Shown here piece after piece: positions 1-9,897 of a stretch of DNA of 64,000 nucleotides. Each line of letters starts with the position of its first letter. Positions within the stretch are counted from its first letter, which is position 1. The notes under the pieces were generated by a model that worked only from the letters and a program-made list of their open reading frames with translations, was not told where the DNA came from and made no database searches. A program made the position numbers and the translations under genes. Source of the DNA: Methanobacteriota archaeon. GTDB lineage: Archaea > Thermoplasmatota > Poseidoniia > Poseidoniales > Poseidoniaceae. Location: contig PBET01000024.1 in assembly GCA_002719815.1 (NCBI GenBank), positions 3,393-67,392 on the forward strand. Reading direction: 5' to 3'.

Positions 1-667
1 TATTGCTCGATTGAAAGAACATGCAACGAAACTGAGAATTGATCATTCACTCATCGATGAACGTTCGATTGTTAAGCACTTGGAACTGAGCCCCCCAGAA
101 TTGAATGAAGGTCTCGTTCGAGTTGATGTTTCAGATTCATCGCACATCACCATCACGTATCGTCCATTCTCAGTTCAAAACGAATGCATAGATGCGATCA
201 CACATCCCAGCCCACGTTGGCCAAAGCGTGTTGCTGGAACAAAGCACGGTGCTTGGTCAGCATACATTGAAGCAAGAAAGGAAGCAGAAAGGAAAGGGGC
301 TGATGTAGCACTACTCGTACATGAATATTCAATTATTGATGGAGATCGATGCTCCCCGATTGTTCTCGATGAAGATGGTGTCGTTTGGATCAGTAATTCA
401 CCACTTGCTGTTGATTCAATCACAATTGAATTGATTCGCCCATTTCTCATCGCTTCAGGTTATCACATCCAAACTGGCCAACTCAACGAACGTCTGGTTG
501 CACGATGTGCCGAATTGGTTGCTGTCGGAACGGGTGTAGGTGTTGTAGGCATTGAGTCAATTGATGATGAACCTGTTGGCGACGATCGATTACGTCTCTT
601 TGAAGCCTGTACTTTAGCGCTCAAACAACTCTACGACATTACAGAACATTGGACCGAGGTGTGGTGA
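1..667 (+). CDS. pabC: Aminodeoxychorismate lyase-like protein (class IV PLP aminotransferase fold), probably 5'-partial (no in-frame stop upstream in window; TTG at 11 is only the first possible start)
   Basis: Class-IV-fold pattern KGADVALLV...IIDGDRCSPIVLDEDGVVWISNSPLAVDSITIEL (G-ADeaLLl..dG.v.E.ssN-f-v.dg.l.TP); overlaps 19 bp with the downstream chorismate-utilising synthase fusion. Confidence 0.5.
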   Translation, partial: IARLKEHATKLRIDHSLIDERSIVKHLELSPPELNEGLVRVDVSDSSHITITYRPFSVQNECIDAITHPSPRWPKRVAGTKHGAWSAYIEARKEAERKGADVALLVHEYSIIDGDRCSPIVLDEDGVVWISNSPLAVDSITIELIRPFLIASGYHIQTGQLNERLVARCAELVAVGTGVGVVGIESIDDEPVGDDRLRLFEACTLALKQLYDITEHWTEVW

Positions 668-2865
668 TGAATCCCCTAGACGCTGTTCGGCATTGTCTCA
701 TGGAACATGAACTCTTAGGGGAAGATGCTGCTAATTTTGGTTCACCAGATGAAATCATGCTGGTTTCTGCAGGACCTGTCAGCCATCTCTCTCGCTTCTC
801 ATTACTCTGTGGGCCTTCAACAAAAAGGGTCATCGTCCGACAACCGTCGAGAGAACAAGTACCTGTAGCAAATCCTCATTCACCTTTGGCTGGAGAAATT
901 GATTTGGCCACCAAGTTGCCATTTACATTTGATCGAGAGACGTGGGATGGTTCGTCCTGGAAACCTGATGTGTCGTACACAAGTGCATCGCTTTCAACTG
1001 GATTGAGGAAAATATGTACATGTTCCAACGGGCAATTCAAACCGGATGATTCGACAGATGTCCCCTTCCATGGTCCATTTTGGACGGGCGCATTATCGTA
1101 CAATTTGGTACAAATGACGCAACCATTACGATTACAATATCCTCCAAATGAAGGCGAACTACTCTGCGTATTGTGGGAAATCGAACACTGTATTGTTCAT
1201 GATAAGGAGCGTGATGCGTTGGTTGTTTTATCGACAGATGTTCATTGGAAGGAGAGAGCGAACGAGTGTCTATCCAATGCTCCACTGGAAACAGTTCCTT
1301 TCGATGTTTTGATTGGCGAGAAACCATCTTCAAATTGCACCGATGCCGAACACGAAGAAATTGTCAAAACTGTTCAATCATCAATCGTTGATGGTCAACT
1401 CTACCAACTTAATTACGGTCGTTCATGGGAAGGAGCGGTTTTGACAGAACCATGGGATGTCTTCTGTCATTCAATTGCATCAAATCCTGCCCCATATTCT
1501 GGTTTTTTGCACATGAAAGATGAATCGTTTGCACTCATTTCTGCTTCACCAGAATCACTTCTTGCAACTGAGAAAGGCATCATCACAACAGCTCCGATCA
1601 AAGGGACTGCACCAAGGGGCGCATCAGAGGCCGAGGAGATACTTCTTCGTGAAGATATGATTTCTGATCGTAAGGAACGAGCTGAACATCGAATGCTGGT
1701 TGACCTTATGCGAAACGATGTCGGACGCATCTCAAAGCCAAATCAAGTCTGGGTGGAACGATTTGATGTTGAAGCCTATGCTGAAGTTCAGCATCTCGTT
1801 TCACGAATCAAAGGTCGATTGAACGATGGTATCGATGTTTTTGACGCGATTGAAAACGTATTTCCTGGAGGTTCGATTACAGGATGTCCGAGGACCGTTG
1901 TCTGTGCAGCAATCGATGAATTGGAGCAATACCCTCGCTCGTTTTGGACTGGATCGATGGGTTGGTTCGACCCTTCAACTGGTGATTCATCTTGGAATAT
2001 TTTGATACGAACGGCTGAACTTCACAAAAGGGACGACGGTTGGACATCTAGAGTTACAGCAGGAGGAGGGATTACCATTGAATCAAATCCAAAATCGGAG
2101 GTTGCTGAAGCCAAGTGGAAAGCAAATGGACTCCTACGATCATGTGGTTGGATTGACGACACTGTTCTCGCTTCCCCTGTCAAACATCTTGCCATTCATT
2201 CTCTACCACTCGAAAGCCAGCAATCGAATCACGAAGTTTCATTCTCAATTCATACCGATGAACTTGTGAAGAATGCGGTCTTGTTAATCGATAATTTGGA
2301 CTCATTTACCTACAACATCGCTCACGATATTTGTGGACTTGGCCATCATGTGAACATTGTTTCTGGAAGGGATCATTCACATCACTCCGCTCAGGAACTT
2401 CTCGAAGAATTACAACCATCCCATGTCGTTCTAGGACCGGGGCCAGGATGGCCACAAGACAGTCCCTTGACGATGGATTTCGCAAAGCAAGCACTTGAAG
2501 GCAATACCCCTCCACTTCTCGGGATTTGTCTTGGTCATCAAGCAATAGGTCTTGCATCTGGTCTCGACGTCGCCCCTAGTCCGATTGGACCCGTTCATGG
2601 CACACCCGTCAAGTGTTTACACGAAGGAAATGGTTTGTTTGAAGGCTTAGATGAACTATCGGTGACCCGTTACAATTCCTTAACATTGTTGACAGTTGAA
2701 TGTCAAGGACATGATAGCATTGTTATTGATGCAACCGATGACACGAAGTCGCTTGTTCTTGGCCTTCGCTCAACACAAGCATCCGTCTTTGGCGTACAAT
2801 TCCATCCAGAATCGGTTGGCAGTCAATCAGGTGTACAAATCCTGTCAAGATTTCTTGAATATTGA
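649..2865 (+). CDS. pabB: Chorismate-binding synthase component I fused to class-I glutamine amidotransferase (PabB-PabA type aminodeoxychorismate synthase; TrpE-TrpG cannot be excluded)
   Basis: Component-I motifs PIKGTAPRG, LVDLMRNDVGRI, PGGSITGCPR, SFWTGSMGWFD; C-terminal GATase LLIDNLDSFTYNI...GPGPG...LLGICLGHQAIG...GVQFHPES; adjacency to class-IV lyase favours PABA over anthranilate. Confidence 0.75.
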   Translation: MDRGVVMNPLDAVRHCLMEHELLGEDAANFGSPDEIMLVSAGPVSHLSRFSLLCGPSTKRVIVRQPSREQVPVANPHSPLAGEIDLATKLPFTFDRETWDGSSWKPDVSYTSASLSTGLRKICTCSNGQFKPDDSTDVPFHGPFWTGALSYNLVQMTQPLRLQYPPNEGELLCVLWEIEHCIVHDKERDALVVLSTDVHWKERANECLSNAPLETVPFDVLIGEKPSSNCTDAEHEEIVKTVQSSIVDGQLYQLNYGRSWEGAVLTEPWDVFCHSIASNPAPYSGFLHMKDESFALISASPESLLATEKGIITTAPIKGTAPRGASEAEEILLREDMISDRKERAEHRMLVDLMRNDVGRISKPNQVWVERFDVEAYAEVQHLVSRIKGRLNDGIDVFDAIENVFPGGSITGCPRTVVCAAIDELEQYPRSFWTGSMGWFDPSTGDSSWNILIRTAELHKRDDGWTSRVTAGGGITIESNPKSEVAEAKWKANGLLRSCGWIDDTVLASPVKHLAIHSLPLESQQSNHEVSFSIHTDELVKNAVLLIDNLDSFTYNIAHDICGLGHHVNIVSGRDHSHHSAQELLEELQPSHVVLGPGPGWPQDSPLTMDFAKQALEGNTPPLLGICLGHQAIGLASGLDVAPSPIGPVHGTPVKCLHEGNGLFEGLDELSVTRYNSLTLLTVECQGHDSIVIDATDDTKSLVLGLRSTQASVFGVQFHPESVGSQSGVQILSRFLEY

Positions 2866-2914
2866 GCGCATGGTTGAAATGACGGCAGTATTTGGGTAGG
2901 AATGAGGGAAGAAG

Positions 2915-3301
2915 ATGCCAGTCTGTCGACTCTGTTCTGGAACCTATCCACGCGAATTCTTCATTCATGGGAATGGACCAAAAACACAGGTCTGTGCACG
3001 ATGTGGTGTTGAGCACGGTTATATCAGTAAAGATGAGGCAACAAATCTCTACGATGATACACTGAAGTCTTCACGTCTCAGCACTGTTACTCGCCGATAT
3101 CGGCCCTTCCTCTACCTCACAGTTCTGTGGACGATTTACATCACAACAGTTCGAAGTATTGACCCATGGGGCTGGTACATGCTGATTATGCTCGCAATTC
3201 TAACACTCGCTTCAATTGTGCTCTTTTTCACCAGTGCTGCAAAGTTTTCCAGCACACTTGCTCGGCTAACGCCTGATTTTGAGCGCCCAAAAGGCCATTG
3301 A
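2915..3301 (+). CDS. Small Zn-ribbon (CxxC...CxxC) protein with two predicted TM helices, hypothetical
   Basis: N-terminal CRLC...CARC then hydrophobic segments LYLTVLWTIYITTV and YMLIMLAILTLASIVLFF. Confidence 0.4.
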   Translation: MPVCRLCSGTYPREFFIHGNGPKTQVCARCGVEHGYISKDEATNLYDDTLKSSRLSTVTRRYRPFLYLTVLWTIYITTVRSIDPWGWYMLIMLAILTLASIVLFFTSAAKFSSTLARLTPDFERPKGH

Positions 3302-3304
3302 GAT

Positions 3305-4600
3305 TCACTTTGAATGAATCCTTAGAACGTCTCCATCGGAGAGTTCATGTTCAGCCCCAACGATTCGTCGTGTACGTCCATCAACACCTTTGATGAAACC
3401 ATCTCCGAGATCGGAGTGCACTTTGTATGCCACTTGTTTGGCTTGGATACCATTCTGAACCACAAAAGCATCAGGCAATACGTTACCATCCCCATCGGTC
3501 CAATGGGTTTCATCTTGGACAGGATAAACAACAATACGATCGAGTTCCTCAAAAAGAACCTGATCAAGAAGATTGGTCAATCCAGTTCCTTGTAATTTAT
3601 TCAAACGTTCACCAAGAACCGACATGCCTTTCATTTGCGCATCGTTCATCGGCTGATTTTGATTTAATTCAAATGAAGTTGAACCGGGTGTATAGGAAAT
3701 AAATCCTGCCTTGCTCGCTTGACGGAGCGCTAATTCTGTTTCTGCCGAGCACGGTGTAAATTGATCGAGTGTGGCTTGAAGGTGGTCGAGTACACCATCA
3801 GGGGCCATGTCCGCTTTGTTCCCTGCAATAAAGATAGGAAACAACTGCTTCCTCAATGAAGAGGCAAGGAGAATCAGTACATCATCGGACCAATCCCATG
3901 GAGATGTCATGTCGCTATGGAGTTGGGTGAATGCATCAAAGGCGCGTTGACACGTGGAATCTGTTGCTCCCAATCCGGATAGGCGCTCTTGCAGGAATTG
4001 AGTGAATCCCTTCACACCTTCGGCTTGAATTCGACGAGCGCCGCGAGACCAGCCCTCTTTGACAAGCCCTAGAATCCATGCATCAAGTTCCTCTGTAAGG
4101 AAGGTGATTTCTGCAAGTGCTTGTTCAATCGCTTGTTCTTTTGTTGCTTTCAATCCTGTTGGATTTCCTTCAGCATCGGTTGTTCCTGCAACATCAATGA
4201 CCTGAATCAATGCATCGCATTCTGCTAAATCGGACAAGAAAGCATTCCCTCGGCCTCGTCCTTCACTTGCTCCAGGAACCAAGCCTGCAACATCGACCAA
4301 CATGCAAGGAACGTATCGCCTGTGCCCTTCACAAGAGCCTGTGCGTGGTGTGCAGATACTGCCTCCACGATCATCACTGAGTTGGCTACGACCGTCTTGT
4401 TCAAGTCGCTCTCGTAGGGACATACAGGGGCAAGGTTCTCGACTTGGAACAAAGGAAAATCCAACGTTTGGTTCAATCGTACAAAACGGATAATTTGCAA
4501 TATCGACTGGAATCAATGTCGATGCTGCAAAGAAAGTCGATTTGCCGACGTTTGGTTTACCAACCAATCCAATTCGCACGGTTTGACCGCCTCGCTTCAC
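3305..4600 (-). CDS. Obg/YchF-family GTP-binding protein (archaeal Ygr210-like) with C-terminal TGS domain
   Basis: G1 GLVGKPNVGKSTFF, G2 NYPFCTIEPNVG, C-terminal TGS-like GDVLRIHSK; 4-bp overlap with upstream membrane/EF-hand gene. Confidence 0.8.
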   Translation of the reverse strand: MKRGGQTVRIGLVGKPNVGKSTFFAASTLIPVDIANYPFCTIEPNVGFSFVPSREPCPCMSLRERLEQDGRSQLSDDRGGSICTPRTGSCEGHRRYVPCMLVDVAGLVPGASEGRGRGNAFLSDLAECDALIQVIDVAGTTDAEGNPTGLKATKEQAIEQALAEITFLTEELDAWILGLVKEGWSRGARRIQAEGVKGFTQFLQERLSGLGATDSTCQRAFDAFTQLHSDMTSPWDWSDDVLILLASSLRKQLFPIFIAGNKADMAPDGVLDHLQATLDQFTPCSAETELALRQASKAGFISYTPGSTSFELNQNQPMNDAQMKGMSVLGERLNKLQGTGLTNLLDQVLFEELDRIVVYPVQDETHWTDGDGNVLPDAFVVQNGIQAKQVAYKVHSDLGDGFIKGVDGRTRRIVGAEHELSDGDVLRIHSK

Positions 4601-6558
4601 TCTTCTTCGACGACACCAGAGCGTACTCGTGCAATGGCGATGTCAAGTTCTGGGAGGTTGACTCGACCGTCTCCGTCAAGATCGATGAATTCCATGAGAC
4701 GTGCGATATCCCATGGAGGCAAATCTGCAATGTCTGTACTTCGTAGTGCCTGCTGGAGTTCATAGCCATCGATAAGGCCAGAGTCATCCAAATCGATTGA
4801 ACGGAAGAATTCAAAGATGCTCATGTCCTTCTTTGCGAGATAGTCTGACAGCATCTCAAGTTCATTCTTTTCAACTGGGAATTCATCAACTTCATCGTTG
4901 TGGAGGGTTGATGAAACTTCGATAATGGTCATTCCGCCATCGTCTTCAACATCGGCTCCAACGACCAAAACGGTATCGACACCAACGCCGCGTTGCAAGA
5001 GCTTTCGAATCGAAGATTCACCACGTTGCATGGAATAACGACTGATGTCCGAGGTTGTCGAAACGGTTGTATCGACTTTCATTCCTCCAATGGATGTTCG
5101 AATGAGATTCAAGAACAAGAGAATGACACCAATCGAAGCGAAGTAGAAGAGAACGGATGCGGTTAAACTGAATCCACCATCTGTCATGACCACGTCTTCA
5201 CTACCGGAATCGAGAAGTGCTTTTTCGGTGAAGTCACCCATCAACTTCGCAACTGTCGAAGTGACGGCACCAAAGGCGATGAGCATGGTTGACAGGGATG
5301 CAGATGATGAGGATGCGAGTTTACGGCCGCCTGCTAATGGATAGGATTCTGCGACACAGGCGACGGCCATAAGTCCGCCAACAGTCCACATGAAACCAAC
5401 ATCAACGGTTGTGGCCATGTCATTCAGTGCGCCAAGGCCAATGAACACGTCAAGTGAAGTGAAGTATCCTCCAATTGCATACAGTGGGAAGAAGACCATT
5501 GCAAGCGTTGCCGCTAATGCGCCTGGTCGAGATACAACACCTGTTGCATTGCCAAGCGAGGTCATGATGATGTTCACCGAACCTGCCATAATTGGCAAGA
5601 GGGCAAGCGTCATGAGGATGGCCCCGAGATTCTCGAGGAGTGTCCCAGCATCAGCCGATGATAGCATGAATGGAGGCAAGGTGAAGAAGAGAAGAAGAAG
5701 GCTTGCCTTCGTCATTGAATCGGACCAAATCGGGCGACTTGCTGCTCGAGGAACTACGTGATATGCAACCGAGAAGATAAGGGCGATAAGCGCCCAAGAT
5801 TGTGTCATTCGCTCTCCGAGCCAAACTGTTTGGGTTGAGTCAGCCAGTTCCCCAAAGAATCGGAATTGTGAACCGAAGATGAACGATGCAAGAGCCATGA
5901 ACATGAACCAGTTGCTTGCTGAGATGATGTCGCCCTTTCGTTGTGCCACTGTTAGGAGAACGTTGATCATCACTGCAATGATGATAAATGAGCGCAATGC
6001 ATGCATGAAGAGGTCTTGAATAAGGGCTTCATTTGCGGCTGTTAAATCGATAACAAGGCCAAGGATTGTTGGTAGAAGCATCGATGAAATGGTGAGGACT
6101 GAAAACAACAATCCAGTCAAACTGGCATTGGCTTCGCTTGCGAGACGGCCTGCTCCTGCTCGTGCTGCAGCAACCAAGCCACCGCCGACGAGAATCGAAA
6201 TTAGACCAGTCATCAAGGTCACATCAACGAATGTAGCCAACGCGCTTCCATCGTCATATTCCCATCCAATGCTTGCGAGCGAATCGAGGGCTGTAGCATC
6301 ATAATCGTGCCATAGTGCGAGGAATGTGCCGATTGCTGCAAAAGTTAGCCAGATCATTCCAAGGTTCATCCACGTCTTCGATCCACTTCCTTTGTCATCG
6401 TTGAAGAGATCAACAATTCCAGCTGGTGCTTTGTTGAGCAGAAAAAGGCCAAATTGACGCATCGGTTCGGCCATGTTTCCAATCCCACGTTGAAGATAGA
6501 ACGTAGCAAAACCAACCACCGTGAAGAAGAAGAAAAGTGCGATAAATACTGCATCCAT
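4597..6558 (-). CDS. Polytopic membrane protein (>=10 predicted TM) with C-terminal cytoplasmic pair of canonical EF-hand Ca2+-binding loops
   Basis: Loops DLDDSGLIDGYE and DLDGDGRVNLPE fit the 12-residue EF-hand consensus (D1,D3,S/D5,x7,D/N9,E12); long hydrophobic N-terminal region. Confidence 0.6.
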   Translation of the reverse strand: MDAVFIALFFFFTVVGFATFYLQRGIGNMAEPMRQFGLFLLNKAPAGIVDLFNDDKGSGSKTWMNLGMIWLTFAAIGTFLALWHDYDATALDSLASIGWEYDDGSALATFVDVTLMTGLISILVGGGLVAAARAGAGRLASEANASLTGLLFSVLTISSMLLPTILGLVIDLTAANEALIQDLFMHALRSFIIIAVMINVLLTVAQRKGDIISASNWFMFMALASFIFGSQFRFFGELADSTQTVWLGERMTQSWALIALIFSVAYHVVPRAASRPIWSDSMTKASLLLLFFTLPPFMLSSADAGTLLENLGAILMTLALLPIMAGSVNIIMTSLGNATGVVSRPGALAATLAMVFFPLYAIGGYFTSLDVFIGLGALNDMATTVDVGFMWTVGGLMAVACVAESYPLAGGRKLASSSSASLSTMLIAFGAVTSTVAKLMGDFTEKALLDSGSEDVVMTDGGFSLTASVLFYFASIGVILLFLNLIRTSIGGMKVDTTVSTTSDISRYSMQRGESSIRKLLQRGVGVDTVLVVGADVEDDGGMTIIEVSSTLHNDEVDEFPVEKNELEMLSDYLAKKDMSIFEFFRSIDLDDSGLIDGYELQQALRSTDIADLPPWDIARLMEFIDLDGDGRVNLPELDIAIARVRSGVVEEE

Positions 6559-6568
6559 TCATATCACC

Positions 6569-6841
6569 TCAATCTGCTAGGACCTCGCCTGCCAGTGTCG
6601 ATACAATCGCTCCAAGTCCAATGATGAAACCAAGCAGGTAGTACCAAATTCCTGAACCTCCAAGATTGGACATCAGTGGCACGATGTCGCCGATAACCGG
6701 GATGTTATCCCAGCCGAAGATGGTGCTGAAAAGACCAAACATTCCGATGGTTACAACCGAAAGCAAAACAAGAATAATTCGGCTTGATGATGGTTCTGCA
6801 GTTCCGATGACTGCATCAGGGAGTTCTGTGCTATTCGACAT
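6569..6841 (-). CDS. Small membrane protein, hypothetical
   Basis: 90-aa ORF with two hydrophobic helices; directly upstream of the EF-hand membrane protein. Confidence 0.4.
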   Translation of the reverse strand: MSNSTELPDAVIGTAEPSSSRIILVLLSVVTIGMFGLFSTIFGWDNIPVIGDIVPLMSNLGGSGIWYYLLGFIIGLGAIVSTLAGEVLAD

Positions 6842-6941
6842 ACCTTGACCTCATGCGTCCAAGATGGACATGCCTGCGACTCAAAGCGCGGTGATAAACA
6901 TTCACCAAGAGCATCATTGAACCGCTCAATAACTCGGCTAT

Positions 6942-8108
6942 TCACGGCGAGCGAAGAATGTTGGTAAGAGAACCACGTCTTGGCATTGAAGTTCCAAGTG
7001 GGACCGGAATGGTTCTGTCATTCATTAACTCCTGATTCCATTGATTTTTGCAGACACAATCCAATCCTTGAAACTCATCCAGTGAACCAGAAACAGCATA
7101 ACGCTCGATCGCTGCAACAACTTCAGCATCGCATTCTCCACAATTGTGAGAGCCACGTATCTTTCCACCGGCAGTTGGATGGATAATCAAACGAGAAATT
7201 TGATCATCATCTCCATTCATTCCGCCATTTGGATGGACGATGTGGTGACTCTGTTGAATGAGTTCGACCAAGGACCAAAGCCAGGGAGGGCGATATTCAC
7301 GATGGCGATGAAGTCGATCGATAACAGTCCCTCGCTGGATGTTCATTGGATTGATGGAAATCTCATCGCTCTGTTCTGCAACAGCTTCAATCCACTTTAC
7401 ACAATGATCGAGTGCATCAGCTTCGCTCATAAACGGGGGTTTGAACATCAAATAGGTCTTGACTCGGAGATTGAATTTCTTGAGGCGTTCGACTGCTCGA
7501 TCCCACGATGCTGCAGAAAATCCTTTGTTCACGTGAAATCGTAGGACTTCATCATCGTAGGCTTCCAAGCCAATCGCTACCGTAAAATTTGGATTGATTG
7601 ATGTGGCCCAAGCCAATTTCTCTTCAGTTAGTTGTTCGGTTCGACTCTCGACAATGAGTTCCTTTCCAAGTTCGAAACAATCTCGTAAGACCGTTTCTTG
7701 GAAATCAACCGGGATTTCTCGATCTTCAAGCAACGAACCAGATGTGTAAACCTTGACCATCGATTGGCCTTCAAAATTAGAAAATTTATCCTTCGCGTGT
7801 TGCCATTGCGCATGAAGATCTTCGCTTGTGACATCATCGCGTGTATCGTTAAAATAGCCACAAAATGTACAACCTGAGGACCACCACCAATGGCAACCTT
7901 TGGTCCGAAGAATAACCGTAACCGCTGAGCAGGGTTCACCTTCAGTCGTCATCTCTGGTGTGGAATACACCGTTGCAGGAAACGATGCATCCCATGATTG
8001 TTGACGTTCTTTTGCCCATGGCGTATTTGCAGGGGCTTTGACGAGATCGTGGATTTTGAGGCTCTTTGAGGAATCCCCTAACATCGTAAGAGGTTTCTTC
8101 GATGACAA
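6942..8108 (-). CDS. Radical-SAM-like protein of the archaeosine-associated RaSEA/TIGR01210 type (unusual Cys spacing)
   Basis: Cluster KGCHWWWSSGCTFCGY (C-x8-C-x2-C) plus a second CGEC pair near the C-terminus; the family assignment is from memory of the motif and should be verified. Confidence 0.5.
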   Translation of the reverse strand: MSSKKPLTMLGDSSKSLKIHDLVKAPANTPWAKERQQSWDASFPATVYSTPEMTTEGEPCSAVTVILRTKGCHWWWSSGCTFCGYFNDTRDDVTSEDLHAQWQHAKDKFSNFEGQSMVKVYTSGSLLEDREIPVDFQETVLRDCFELGKELIVESRTEQLTEEKLAWATSINPNFTVAIGLEAYDDEVLRFHVNKGFSAASWDRAVERLKKFNLRVKTYLMFKPPFMSEADALDHCVKWIEAVAEQSDEISINPMNIQRGTVIDRLHRHREYRPPWLWSLVELIQQSHHIVHPNGGMNGDDDQISRLIIHPTAGGKIRGSHNCGECDAEVVAAIERYAVSGSLDEFQGLDCVCKNQWNQELMNDRTIPVPLGTSMPRRGSLTNILRSP

Positions 8109-8120
8109 TCTAGCAACCCC

Positions 8121-8975
8121 TTATTCTTCTTCGGAAATTCTTCGAAAGAGAATATCCGAACCCGCTTTAACAAACTGGCCTTTTGGATGCTGAGGATGGT
8201 TGTCTTCTGCAGAGATGACTTGAGGCTCATAGAGTGCTGCAGGAACTCGAACATCGACTCGGCTGCCGAGACGGATCATTCCGTAACGCTCGCCTCTTCG
8301 AAGTGTATCTCCAATCCCTTTCCAAGGAACAATCGTTCGAGCAAGCGCACCCGATATTTGCATGACTTCAGTGCGCTCTCCATCCTCTGCTTCGAAAACA
8401 GTACGGACACGTTCATTGTATTCGCTTTCTTTGCGATAGGCAGGCGCAAAGGGGCCGCGACGACGTCCTTTGCCCGTTCGATGTTCCATTGCAATAATCC
8501 TCGCTGAACGTGGCGCTCGGTTGACGTGAACGTCAAGAGGTGACATGAAGATGGCAACACGCCAAACATCTGAGTCATGAAGCGTTCCTTCCACGGGCTC
8601 GAATCGCTGTTCGGTTTCAAAGGTTAGAGGATTGTCACATGCTTGAGGATACCAGTCGCCCGTATGCTCATCGGTCTCAATGCTCTGCTCATCTCGCTCA
8701 GTTTGCGATGGTCGACGACCATTGGCTCGCTCACGACGAACAAACATCACGTGTCCATCTGCAGGTGAGACCAAAATGCCTGAATCTTGAGGAATTGGGC
8801 GATCAGGATCTCGCCAGAAATTAGCAAAGAAAACTGCAACCATCAAACAAAGAACGCCTAGGAGCGGTAACAGTCCATTCAATGAGTCAAGATAGATGCC
8901 GCCAACAAGAATTGCAACACCTGCAAGAGCGAAGGTTGCTACTGGAGCATGACCTCCCTGAGCAAGGCCTGCCAA
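8121..8975 (-). CDS. asd: Archaetidylserine/phosphatidylserine decarboxylase proenzyme-like protein (membrane-anchored)
   Basis: N-terminal TM helices; PSD-like core FMSPLDVHVNRAP...GERYGMIRLGSRVDVRVP with the conserved GS self-cleavage motif. Confidence 0.65.
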   Translation of the reverse strand: MAGLAQGGHAPVATFALAGVAILVGGIYLDSLNGLLPLLGVLCLMVAVFFANFWRDPDRPIPQDSGILVSPADGHVMFVRRERANGRRPSQTERDEQSIETDEHTGDWYPQACDNPLTFETEQRFEPVEGTLHDSDVWRVAIFMSPLDVHVNRAPRSARIIAMEHRTGKGRRRGPFAPAYRKESEYNERVRTVFEAEDGERTEVMQISGALARTIVPWKGIGDTLRRGERYGMIRLGSRVDVRVPAALYEPQVISAEDNHPQHPKGQFVKAGSDILFRRISEEE

Positions 8976-8986
8976 GATGGTTCACC

Positions 8987-9787
8987 TCAGTTGTCAGCCC
9001 ATGGGTCGACATCGGAGTTCCAGGTTGCATCTGCTTCAGCGGGTTCTTCCGCTTCTTCAGCAGGTTCCTCTGCTTCTTCTGCGACCTCTTCTGAATCCTC
9101 TGATGTTTCTTCTGGGGCTTCTTCTTCGGCTGGCTCTTCGACAGCTTCTTCTTCCGAAGGTGCTTCTTCAACAACGCCTTCTTCAATGAGTGCTTCAGCT
9201 TCCTCGACGGTCATTTCAGCAGCACGTGCTTCGACCATCTCATCCATACGTTCTGTGAACGCTCGAGACATGTGTTGAGATTCTCGTTCGGCTTCAACCG
9301 CACGCTCGATCATCTCATAACGTTCCTTAATGGCCTTGTTGAGGTCTTCAAAGAGTGTCATGTGAGCAACATACCAATCATCACGAGCCTTCATTTCAGT
9401 AACTGCGAGTTTCAAATCATTGTCAAGTTCTTCCGCAATTCCAAACACTTTCCCAAGACGATCTTTCTCTCGAGAATACTTCTCTTCCATTGTTTGGAGA
9501 GCAGGTTCCAAATGCTCAACACGCTTGTCTGCTTTTGTAGCCTTCATCTCAAGTTCACGAATACGGAAATCTTTCTCCGCGATAAGTGATTCTTGCGCTT
9601 CACGCTCAATCTCTTTGTCGATAATTTCTTTTTCGAGAACTTCGATCTCTGCTCGTGCATCAACAAGTTCCTTTTCTTGTGTTTCATACGCTGCAAAGAG
9701 TTTCTTCAGACGGTCTGTTTCAGTGGCGAGTGCCTCTTCAAGCTGGCCGATTCGAACTTCGGGAGTGATGGTTCCTTCTTCACTCAT
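8987..9787 (-). CDS. Acidic coiled-coil protein with poly-Glu/Ala C-terminal tail, hypothetical
   Basis: Heptad-rich LEEALATETDRLKKLFAAYETQEKELVDARAEIEVLEKEI...; C-terminus EEAEEPAEEAEEPAEADA. Confidence 0.45.
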   Translation of the reverse strand: MSEEGTITPEVRIGQLEEALATETDRLKKLFAAYETQEKELVDARAEIEVLEKEIIDKEIEREAQESLIAEKDFRIRELEMKATKADKRVEHLEPALQTMEEKYSREKDRLGKVFGIAEELDNDLKLAVTEMKARDDWYVAHMTLFEDLNKAIKERYEMIERAVEAERESQHMSRAFTERMDEMVEARAAEMTVEEAEALIEEGVVEEAPSEEEAVEEPAEEEAPEETSEDSEEVAEEAEEPAEEAEEPAEADATWNSDVDPWADN

Positions 9788-9897
9788 TTTTTCACCCGGA
9801 GGTATGCCTCCACATCAACCCAGCCGCCTTTACCCTATGAAGCCGACGCCTCGTTGAGAACGATTGCACACTTCTCGGTCCTATGTTCTATGCACGA

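Noticed and set aside
5390-9857. Numerous 60-150-aa ORFs in the six-frame track lying antisense to or inside long genes (for example 5390-5761+, 6089-6304+, 8949-9278+, 9420-9857+)
   Set aside because: They are low-complexity (S/A/R-rich) shadows of the acidic genes on the opposite strand, with no independent start context. Treated as non-coding.
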